Origin: Capsulimonadaceae bacterium
GTDB lineage: Bacteria; Armatimonadota; Armatimonadia; Armatimonadales; Capsulimonadaceae
NCBI GenBank assembly: GCA_965215505.1
Contig: OZ244065.1
Span: 5,920,001 to 5,984,000, forward strand
DNA: 64,000 bases
Direction of reading: 5' to 3'
In this document: piece after piece, positions 56,532 to 64,000 of the stretch
Layout of the letters: every line of letters starts with the position of its first letter
How positions within the stretch are numbered: the stretch's first letter is position 1
Position numbers and translations under genes: made by a program
The notes under the pieces: generated by a model
The model's database searches: none
Seen by the model: only the letters and a program-made list of their open reading frames with translations
Told to the model about the DNA's origin: nothing

Positions 56532-57215
56532 ATGGTGCAAACGATTTCCGGTAAAGCGTATCGGGGTGCGACGCCCGACCCGGCCCAGGCGACGCGGGAG
56601 GCGATGAGGCTGGTCAAAGACGGCCGCCTGCCGCTCGTGGAGGTCTTCTACTCGCTGCAAGGCGAAGGGGGGCGCACTGGGCAGGCGACGGTCTTCGTGC
56701 GGTTCGCGGGCTGCAACCTAGCCTGCGAGTTCTGCGACACGGACTTCCGGGTCAACGCGACGTACACGGTGGGTGAGCTGGCCGAGGAGATCGGGCGCGT
56801 GGGCGGCGGGTGCCGCTGGGTCTGCTTCACGGGGGGCGAGCCGACGATCCACGACCTGCAAGGGCTGTGCGAAATGCTGCACGGGCGGGGTTACCGCCTG
56901 CAAATGGAGACGAACGGTACGCGGCCCCGGCCCGAGTGGGGGGTTGACCATGTGACCGTCTCGCCCAAGCAGCCGCAGGGCGGGCGTCTGCATCCGTGGT
57001 ATGAGGGGCACGCGGCGGAGTTCAAGTATGTGGTGGACGACGCGGCCGATCTGGCGCGCGCCCTGGACGGTGCCCGGCGGCACGGGCGGACGACGTTCGT
57101 ACAGCCGAACGCGCTCAACCCGGACGCCGTCGCCCTGTGCATCGAGGCCGTGAAGCAGCACCCGGAACGGCTGCGGCTGTCTTTGCAAACGCACAAGCTG
57201 CTCGAAATCCGTTAG
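56532..57215 (+). CDS. queE: 7-carboxy-7-deazaguanine synthase (radical SAM)
   Basis: FYSLQGEG, CNLACEFCDT, TGGEP, ETNGT, SPK and SLQTHK motifs. Confidence 0.92.
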   Translation: MVQTISGKAYRGATPDPAQATREAMRLVKDGRLPLVEVFYSLQGEGGRTGQATVFVRFAGCNLACEFCDTDFRVNATYTVGELAEEIGRVGGGCRWVCFTGGEPTIHDLQGLCEMLHGRGYRLQMETNGTRPRPEWGVDHVTVSPKQPQGGRLHPWYEGHAAEFKYVVDDAADLARALDGARRHGRTTFVQPNALNPDAVALCIEAVKQHPERLRLSLQTHKLLEIR

Positions 57216-57280
57216 CCGTTTAGCGTCCTGCCGTTTAGTCGGCGTAGGCATGCGGGTAGAGTGGGGCGGGGGACAAGCCA

Positions 57281-57535
57281 ATGAAGAAGCGGAATATCGT
57301 GGTACTGCTGGCCGTCGTGGGGGCCGCCTACCTAGCGCTCAAGGGGAAGAAACAGGCTGAGGCCACGGCGGGTGCCGCCGGCGTGACGCCTTCGGCGACC
57401 GTCAGCGAGACGCCGATGGTGGAGCCGGTCGTTCATCTGGTCGAGGAGACGCTGCACCAGCATGAGGGCGAGGACAGCCCGATCGTTCACGCCTTCGAGG
57501 AGGCGCTGGAGGAGAAGGCAGGGCACGGAGCCTGA
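57281..57535 (+). CDS. Small membrane-anchored hypothetical protein
   Basis: Basic N-terminus plus TM segment; acidic tail. Confidence 0.65.
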   Translation: MKKRNIVVLLAVVGAAYLALKGKKQAEATAGAAGVTPSATVSETPMVEPVVHLVEETLHQHEGEDSPIVHAFEEALEEKAGHGA

Positions 57536-57560
57536 CAGAAAGCCTGACAGAAAGCCTGAC
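57529..57560 (+). repeat. 12-bp tandem repeat (AGCCTGACAGAA, about 2.7 copies) containing the stop codon
   Basis: AGCCTGACAGAA AGCCTGACAGAA AGCCTGAC. Confidence 0.85.
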
Positions 57561-57612
57561 GGAAAAGAGGGCGGGGATAATCCCCGCCCTCTTGCCGTTC
57601 ATGACCGTGTGT

Positions 57613-58548
57613 TCAGGACTGTAAATAGTCGCGCAGGCGCTTTTTACGGGCGGCGGAGCGCAGCTTACGCAGGGCCTGGGACTCGATCTGGCGGACGCGC
57701 TCGCGGGAGATGTGCAGCTCGTCCCCGATCTGCTGCAAGACGCTCTTGTCGTCCTCGTCGAAGCCGAATCGCTTCCGCATGATGACCTTCTCGCGGTCGT
57801 CCAGCGTGTTCAGGATGGCCTCGATCTCGCCGCGCATCTCCTGGGCGATCAGCTCGTCCTGCGGGTTCGGGGCGTTGCGGTCCAGGACGAGGCTGCCAAG
57901 CGAGGTGCTGTCGTCGTCGCCGACCGTCATGTCCAGCGAAACCGGCTCCTGGGTCGTTTGCAGCAGGCTGTTCATCTTCTTCAGGGACAGGCCGGCGTGG
58001 TCGGCGATCTGTTCGACGGTCGGCTCCTGGCCCAAGACGCGGTGCAATTCGGCGCGGGACTTGTCTATCTTCCGCAGCGACTCGGAGATGTGCGCGGGCA
58101 GCCGGATGGCCTTGGCCTTGTTGTCAATGGCCCGGCCGATGGACTGGCGTATCCACTGGGTCGCGTAGGTGCTGAACCGGTAGCCCATGCGCGGGTCGAA
58201 CCGCTCCGTGGCCGTCATCAGGCCGATGGCGCCTTCCTGGATGAGATCCTCCATCGGGATGCCGCTCGCCAGATAGTTCTTGGCGATGGAGACGACCAGC
58301 CGCATGTTGGACTCGATCAGGCGCTCCTTCGCCGTGTTGTCCCCGTAACGCGCCTTGCGGGACAGAGATTTCTCCTCGGTCGCCGTCAGCAGCTTGGTGC
58401 GGGTCAGGCGGTTGATGTAGGAGGCGAGGTCGTCCGCGAACGACCCCATGACGGGCGCTTCCGGCGCGGGCGGGCGGCCCAACGCCGGGGTATCCCGCGC
58501 GTCGTCCTCGGGCACGCCGTTGAAAAAATGATCGGCTGTCGTGGTCAT
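57613..58548 (-). CDS. RpoD/RpoS-family sigma factor lacking region 1.1
   Basis: NMRLVVSIAKNY, DLIQEGAIGL, RFSTYATQWIRQSI and ISRERVRQIE motifs. Confidence 0.92.
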   Translation of the reverse strand: MTTTADHFFNGVPEDDARDTPALGRPPAPEAPVMGSFADDLASYINRLTRTKLLTATEEKSLSRKARYGDNTAKERLIESNMRLVVSIAKNYLASGIPMEDLIQEGAIGLMTATERFDPRMGYRFSTYATQWIRQSIGRAIDNKAKAIRLPAHISESLRKIDKSRAELHRVLGQEPTVEQIADHAGLSLKKMNSLLQTTQEPVSLDMTVGDDDSTSLGSLVLDRNAPNPQDELIAQEMRGEIEAILNTLDDREKVIMRKRFGFDEDDKSVLQQIGDELHISRERVRQIESQALRKLRSAARKKRLRDYLQS

Positions 58549-58745
58549 GCGTTGCTTGACTTCCACCGTAAAACAAAAAGCCGCGCCGCGTCTCCGTTGA
58601 CACATCCCTCTAGTTCGCCGTGTGCTGTCCATGTTCCTTCCCCATTTGTCCTCTAAGACTACCTGGATTTTTGGAGCGATTTTCGTCAACGCCCGCCGTT
58701 TCTGCTACAATGGGTTTGGAAGCCGACTCTGGAGAACCGCTTGAC

Positions 58746-60071
58746 ATGCCGACCCGGCTTGCCGCCGAGGCGATCACAATCCGATACGCGCCCGACTCGC
58801 CGCCCGTCCTGACGCAGTTCTCGCTCGACGTCCGGCCCGGCGTCTTCCTGGGCATCGTCGGGCCGAACGGCTCCGGCAAGTCCACCCTGGTCCGCGCCCT
58901 GTCCCGCGCTCTGCGGCCCGTGGCGGGGGCGGTGCTGCTGGACGAGGGCGACCTGTACTCAGGGACGTCCGCGCGCGAGGCGGCGCGGGCCATCGGCGTC
59001 GTGCCGCAGGAGACATCGGTTTCGCTCGACTTCACGGTCCGCGAGGTCGTGCGGATGGGCCGCGCCCCGCACCTGCCGCGCCGCCCGTTCGCCTCCGAAA
59101 CCGCCGAGGACGAAAGGATCGTGGCCGCCGCCATGCGTGACGCGCAGGTGGAAGGGCTGGCAGACCGGGCCGTCCCGACTCTGTCCGGGGGCGAGCGGCA
59201 GCGCGTCCTGTTCGCGCGCGCCCTGGCCCAGCAGCCCGGCGTGATCCTGCTGGATGAGCCGACCGCGCACCTGGACCTGCGCCACCAGACCGAGGCGCTG
59301 ACGCTGGCGCGGGACCTGGCGCACGGCGGCAAGGCGGTTTTGGCCGTGCTGCACGACGTCAACCTGGCCTCCGCCTACTGTGACATGCTGGTCCTGCTCG
59401 ACGCGGGCCGGATCGTCGCGCAGGGGCCGCCGGAGCAGGTCGTGACGGCGGAGAACTTGCAGGAGGTCTACGGGGCGCGCGTCTGGGTGCGCCGCCACCC
59501 CGCCTCGGGCCGGCCCCTGGTCCTGACCCTGCCCGAGATGATGGACCCGTCCGAAACCCCCGGCACCCTGCGCGTCCACGTCATTTGCGGCGGCGGCACG
59601 GGGACGGCCCTGCTGCTCGCCCTGCACGGCCGGGGCTGGGCGGTGACGGCGGCGGGCCTGAACGCGGGCGACACCGACGCCGAGGTGGCGGCGATGCTTG
59701 GCGTCTCGTTCGCCCGCGAGGCGTCCTTCTCGTCGCTCTCCCCCGAGGTTCTGCATGAAGCCGCGCGCCTGGCCCAACCGGCGGACGTGGTCCTGCTGAC
59801 GGACGTTCCTTTCGGCCGGGCGAACCTGGCGAACCTCGAAGCCGCCCTGGCCCTGCGCCGGGCGGGCAAGCCTGTCATCTGCCTGAACGGGCCGCCGGAC
59901 GACTTCAATGCCCGCGACTTCACCGGCGGCGCGGCGGGCGCGCTCTGGCGGGACCTGCTGGAGGCCGGGGCGGAAGCGGTCGGCACATCCGAAGTCGCAT
60001 TGTCACTGCTGGAAAGTTGGAACCGTCAGACACCGTCCTGTGAACGAGGCGGCTTGTCCCTAGACCGATAG
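58746..60071 (+). CDS. Cobalamin/Fe-siderophore ABC transporter ATP-binding protein with C-terminal extension
   Basis: GPNGSGKS, LSGGERQR, LLDEPT and LHDVNLA motifs. The last ~15 codons appear to derive from the inserted IS. Confidence 0.88.
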   Translation: MPTRLAAEAITIRYAPDSPPVLTQFSLDVRPGVFLGIVGPNGSGKSTLVRALSRALRPVAGAVLLDEGDLYSGTSAREAARAIGVVPQETSVSLDFTVREVVRMGRAPHLPRRPFASETAEDERIVAAAMRDAQVEGLADRAVPTLSGGERQRVLFARALAQQPGVILLDEPTAHLDLRHQTEALTLARDLAHGGKAVLAVLHDVNLASAYCDMLVLLDAGRIVAQGPPEQVVTAENLQEVYGARVWVRRHPASGRPLVLTLPEMMDPSETPGTLRVHVICGGGTGTALLLALHGRGWAVTAAGLNAGDTDAEVAAMLGVSFAREASFSSLSPEVLHEAARLAQPADVVLLTDVPFGRANLANLEAALALRRAGKPVICLNGPPDDFNARDFTGGAAGALWRDLLEAGAEAVGTSEVALSLLESWNRQTPSCERGGLSLDR

Positions 60072-61353
60072 CGAATGCACTTGGCAGTCGCGTGTCTGGG
60101 ACGATACGGCTTCTGACGGAGCCGCGTCGGAAGGTGAAGACCAACCGACAAGGTGTTTGTCACGGATATTGAGCGCGGCATTCTTGTCCGCATTGGCACG
60201 ATGACCACACGAGCGACAAACAAACAAACTTGGACTGGGACGGGCGGTTGCCTCGGTAGCTGTGACCGCAGGCGGCACACCGCTGGCTCGCATGGCGCGG
60301 GTCAATCCCGACCACGCGGCAACCCAGAGCTTCAGCCTTGTAGTCCAAGAACGAGCGGAGTTGGGCGAACGACCAGGAGTGAAGACGCCGTTTGGCCTCT
60401 CCTCTGCTGGCCTTCACCCGCGCCCTGATGTTCGTCAGGTTCTCTACTACGACGGTCATTCCCGCCGTGGTGCCGTCAAGGATGCTCTTCGAAAGCACAT
60501 GATCACAGTCGCGTCGGAATCGTTGCTCACGACCCGCGAGGCGTCGAAGGCGGCGTTTGGCCGACTTCGTGCCTTTCGACTGAAGTTTGCGCTTCAAGCG
60601 GAAGCGACGCTTGCTGACTTCCCGCCAGCGTTTCTTGCCGTGAAGCCTGCCATCGGAGGTGACGGCCGGGCGAGTCACGCCCAGATCAACGCCAAGAGCT
60701 GTGCCGTTGTCGGTGAACTCCATGTCCTCCAGTTTCAGGACGACGTGCAGGGTGAACCGCCCCTTGCGGTACATGAGGTCGGCAGTGGAGACACGATTTC
60801 CAGTCAATGCCGACGCATAGGCAGGAACGCAGAAAGCGACCTTTTGACGCCCCACGACGGTCGCGAGGTTGGCGAAACCCTTCTGCCAGTCCACAGAGAA
60901 CGAGTTGACGTTGTAGCGGGGCGGGCAGAGCGTGGACTGAGGGGTGTTGCCCTTCTTGCCCTTCCTCGCAAGTGCCATCGCAGACTTGACGGCCTCTGCT
61001 GCCTTTTGCCGCGCCTGAACGTGCAGGTCGGAGACAAGGGCGGGGTAAGCCGCCTTGCATTCTCGGTGGGTGAGGCGGTGCAAAGTGTAAGCATTTCCTT
61101 CGCGGAGCCGCCACCCTTGCGAGCAGACAGCATTGAACGACTGCGTGAACTGGCGAATCGTTTCCAGCAGGCTTTTGGCCTGCTCCGCTGTGGGGTTCAG
61201 AGACAACCGCAATGTTCTGTCCATGCTTCAGTTATACTATACAGCAGTACGGTTTTACAACACTTAAAAGGAGACGCGAGGTGGAATACGCCTTCGGCAG
61301 ATAGGAAGCAATCTTCCTGTCACCTAAAGGAGACTTTCCCATTGCTTGTTATT
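60025..61353 (-). mobile_element. Non-autonomous IS200/IS605-family element (tnpB only)
   Basis: Lower GC; tnpB; subterminal hairpin-like ends; removing it yields a sensible gene junction. Ends are inferred. Confidence 0.7.
60060..61224 (-). pseudogene. tnpB: TnpB RNA-guided nuclease, frameshifted before RuvC-III
   Basis: GVDLG, VVENL and WSF motifs; SQRCAACG. FVCRSCG...NADKNAALNI is in another frame because of an extra 4-nt unit at 60216-60229. Confidence 0.88.
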
Positions 61354-62205
61354 ATGGAAGCCCTAATTGAACACACATTAGAGCCGGAGATCGCCGGACC
61401 CGCCCCGCGCCGGACGCGGCTGCCCCTGCGGCTGACACTCCTGCTGGCAGTCGCGATCCTGCTGCTGGGCGTGTTCGCCGCCGGCAGCGGGCGGGCCTTG
61501 TGGGAGGCAGCCCGGTTGAGCTGGCTGGCGGCGGCGGGGCATACTGTGACCGGCCGCATCGTCCGCGTCGCGACGGAGCCGTCCGAAGTCAAGGGACAGC
61601 CGCCGCGCCCGGTCGCCGTCCGGTATGCGGCTGACCTGGCCGGCCCCTCGGGGACCATCCACCGGGAGGGCTGGATCGGGCTGGGCACGCCCGCCGCGCC
61701 CGCCAATGGGGCCGTCGGGATCAATGGGCCGGGGCGGGCCGTCCCCAAGCCGACTTTCCCCGCGCCCGCCCTGCGCGCGGGCCAGCCGGTGCCGATTCGC
61801 TACGCCTCCTGGTTCGGCGGCGTCGCCTCCCAGCCCTGGGTGCCCGACCCGCGCGGGCGGGTCCTGACCCTGATCCTTTCCGGCAGCCTGGTCCTGCTGG
61901 TCAGCCTGCTCCTCCTGCGGCGGCTCCTGAGGTGGATCGGGGAGCGTCTGCACCTGCTGCGCCTGGGGACGGCGACGGTCGGGACGATCACGCACAAGCG
62001 GACCGAGGCCGAGGACATGGTGCGCTACTACCTCCGTTACGGCTACGCTTTTGGGCAGGGCGAGGAGCCGGGGAAGGGGCGGGAACACGAGGAGCAGGTC
62101 AGCATGGACCAGTGGAAGCTGTTCCACGTCGGCCAGCCGGTGACGGTGCTGTACGACCCGGACGAGCCGGAGCGGGTAGGGCTGTACGCGCTGATCCGGC
62201 ACTGA
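61354..62205 (+). CDS. Membrane protein with DUF3592-like domains
   Basis: TM - beta domain - TM - beta domain ending VGQPVTVLYDPDEP. Confidence 0.7.
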   Translation: MEALIEHTLEPEIAGPAPRRTRLPLRLTLLLAVAILLLGVFAAGSGRALWEAARLSWLAAAGHTVTGRIVRVATEPSEVKGQPPRPVAVRYAADLAGPSGTIHREGWIGLGTPAAPANGAVGINGPGRAVPKPTFPAPALRAGQPVPIRYASWFGGVASQPWVPDPRGRVLTLILSGSLVLLVSLLLLRRLLRWIGERLHLLRLGTATVGTITHKRTEAEDMVRYYLRYGYAFGQGEEPGKGREHEEQVSMDQWKLFHVGQPVTVLYDPDEPERVGLYALIRH

Positions 62206-62279
62206 CCTACCCCCGGCGCAGCACTGGCTACCCGGAGGGCGAGCGCCGACCCCTCCCTGTTAGGGGAGGATAAAGAAAG

Positions 62280-62335
62280 AGGGCAGGGATACCCTGCCCC
62301 TTCGCATTGCATGTAGGGGCGGGTCCCCCCGCCCT
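62280..62335. repeat. REP-like inverted doublet
   Basis: AGGGCAGGG-ATA-CCCTGCCCC ... GTAGGGGCGGG-TCCC-CCCGCCCT. Confidence 0.55.
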
Positions 62336-62349
62336 TCCCATCCCCATCT

Positions 62350-63345
62350 TCAATTCGCGACGAAGCGGATCGTGAGGCTTTCGCCATGTTCTGAGGGGTG
62401 ACTGGTGACGAAGGCGTCATAGTCGGCATTGTTGTACCTGATGGGAAACATGCCCTCTTGCGGCACATCACTCCGGGTGATGTCCATCTCCGCCATGACC
62501 TTGATTTTGAAGGTCGTCGGCTCCTGAAGTGATTTCGGGAGTGGGAGGACTTGATCGGACAAGCCCTCGCCGCGTAGCTGAACACGCACCTGCCCGCCTT
62601 CAGGAAGGAATCGCATTTCGGTCGCTTTCGCCTCGATGGCCCACACCAGCAGGGAGTGCTGTAGGGCCTGGACCGGGTGATCGCGATAGAACGTCTCGCG
62701 CCCGGTGTCGGTGGCGACGGAGGCCAGCGCACCGGCGATGTCTCCATTCACGCGAGACACGAAAGCGTCATCCCGCGAAGGGCGAGACTCCGAAAGACTG
62801 TCGTTGACCATGGCAAGGATCCTCCCTTTCAACCGCTGTCGGCCCTGATTGAGCCGGCTCTTTACCGTCGTCATGGGCAGGCCGAGAAACTCGGCGATGT
62901 CCTGGTGTGACCGTTCCCCGAAATAAAAGAGCGTGATCACCTCCCGCTGGCCGGACGGCAGCGACTGGATGGCCCGGCCGACTTCTTCCTCGACCTGATG
63001 CCGCTGCGCGATCTCCTCTAAACCGGGCGTGGAGGCGGGCAGGTGTTCGGCGTGTTGGAGTGGAACCGTGTCCACACGCTTGTTCCGGGTCAGGCGGTCG
63101 CACTGCTTGAAGACGATCTTCCTGAACCAGACCGGGAAGGCCTCCGGCGCGCGCAGGCCAGGCAGTAGGCGATGCGCCTCCACGAACGCCTCTTGGGCGG
63201 CGTCCTGCCCCTCGTGGAAACTGCCCAGGACCGTCGCGGCGTAGGCAGCCGCGCGGTCCTGGAAGCGCCGGACGAGCCAGTTGAACGCTTCCAAATTTCC
63301 CGCCTGCGCCCGCCGCACCTGCCGCGCTGTTTCCTCATCGCTCAT
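62350..63345 (-). CDS. ECF sigma factor with C-terminal PilB/GspE N2D-like domain
   Basis: AFNWLVRRFQ, DAAQEAF, FPVWF and TVKSRL (sigma regions 2 and 4); tail AIEAKATEMRF...IKVMAEMDI...PQEG...GESLTIRF. Confidence 0.88.
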   Translation of the reverse strand: MSDEETARQVRRAQAGNLEAFNWLVRRFQDRAAAYAATVLGSFHEGQDAAQEAFVEAHRLLPGLRAPEAFPVWFRKIVFKQCDRLTRNKRVDTVPLQHAEHLPASTPGLEEIAQRHQVEEEVGRAIQSLPSGQREVITLFYFGERSHQDIAEFLGLPMTTVKSRLNQGRQRLKGRILAMVNDSLSESRPSRDDAFVSRVNGDIAGALASVATDTGRETFYRDHPVQALQHSLLVWAIEAKATEMRFLPEGGQVRVQLRGEGLSDQVLPLPKSLQEPTTFKIKVMAEMDITRSDVPQEGMFPIRYNNADYDAFVTSHPSEHGESLTIRFVAN

Positions 63346-63471
63346 GTCAAATCGCTCATGTCAAATCGCTCATGTCAAATCGCTCATGTCAAATCGCTCA
63401 TGTCAAATCGCTCATGTCAAATCGCTCATGTCAAATCGCTCATGTCAAATCGCTCATGTCAAATCGCTCAT
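63337..63471 (-). repeat. 14-bp tandem repeat (9 full copies + 9 nt) containing the sigma factor start codon
   Basis: ATCGCTCATGTCAA every 14 bp from 63337; the minus strand reads TTGACATGAGCGAT. Confidence 0.95.
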
Positions 63472-63584
63472 ATCGAGTGGTGCCTACTGATAAGACCCGA
63501 GTTCGCGCGGAAAGGTTGAAACGAATAAGCCCCCGCCTCTGGGCCAGAGGCGCGGGCGTTTTTGTTGACCTGTTCACCGGCGCG

Positions 63585-64000
63585 CTAGGCCGCGATGATC
63601 TCGCGCACGATGTCCGCAGGCCCGCAGAGGATCAGCTCGGTCCCGGCGGGGTGGGGCGGGGCGAGTTCCGAGGCGGCTTGCAGCGGACCACCCTTGAGGC
63701 GGAAGGCGAGCTGCCGGACGCCCGCCGCGCGCCACGAGTCCAGGAGGTCGGCGGTCAGCGGCGCGTCGGTCTGGTGGCGGCCGGCGAGGAAGGTCAGGCC
63801 GCCGAGGTGCAGGGGGCGCAGGGCCAGCTCATCGGTGGCCGCGCCGACGAACGCGCTGACGGCGGCCTCCGAGGCGGACAGGGCGCGGTCAATGGCGAAG
63901 GCGTGGGGGAGCTGCTCGGCCAGGGTGTCGTCGAAGATGCGCGCCACCGTCGTGATCTTCGGGTTCAGGCGCTTGGCATGGAGGCAGGCCTGGATGTTGG
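63585..64000 (-). CDS. 3' part of a TrkA-N/RCK (NAD-binding) domain protein, potassium-channel-like
   Basis: NIQACLHAKRLNPKITTVARIFD; frame is open to the window edge. Confidence 0.65.
   Translation of the reverse strand, partial: NIQACLHAKRLNPKITTVARIFDDTLAEQLPHAFAIDRALSASEAAVSAFVGAATDELALRPLHLGGLTFLAGRHQTDAPLTADLLDSWRAAGVRQLAFRLKGGPLQAASELAPPHPAGTELILCGPADIVREIIAA

Noticed and set aside
60262-61353. 647-aa plus-strand ORF 60262-62205 as a single gene
   Set aside because: The N-terminal part is the antisense shadow of tnpB. The credible gene starts at ATG 61354.
63337-63471. Possible CRISPR array
   Set aside because: Units are contiguous 14-mers with no unique spacers, and no cas genes are nearby. 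The same applies to 31323-31388.

Overview
GC-rich bacterial chromosomal window. The PEP-CTERM-like sorting tail and the prepilin/DUF1559-type genes suggest Armatimonadota, but this is inference only. Housekeeping genes include nadA, nfo, purB/purS/purQ, leuS, queE, comEA, tRNA-Asp and tRNA-Pro. The most notable locus is an RNA-repair operon at about 24150-28340: a sigma70 promoter, a leader ORF and a terminator (candidate attenuator), an atypical tRNA-Tyr with a C1-G72 pair, a T4-Rnl1-like ligase, a DRB0094-like ligase, an rtcB gene interrupted at its GSG|NH active-site motif by a 260-nt ORF-less group I intron, and a rare tRNA-Ile(UAU). Other unusual signals: (1) tandem repeats of the start-codon region that create chains of ATGA-coupled mini-ORFs ahead of an ECF sigma gene and a GGDEF/HD-GYP gene; (2) an ECF sigma factor fused to a PilB/GspE-like domain; (3) an AT-rich HicB-like/PBECR-like gene pair with a convergent structured ncRNA candidate; (4) a frameshifted solo tnpB element whose empty site can be reconstructed; (5) a frameshifted HEPN toxin; (6) Pho-box-like 11-bp repeats ahead of phosphoesterase and prepilin-like genes; (7) a gene-conversion tract between tandem paralogs. 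All calls are by eye from motifs; no database searches were run.
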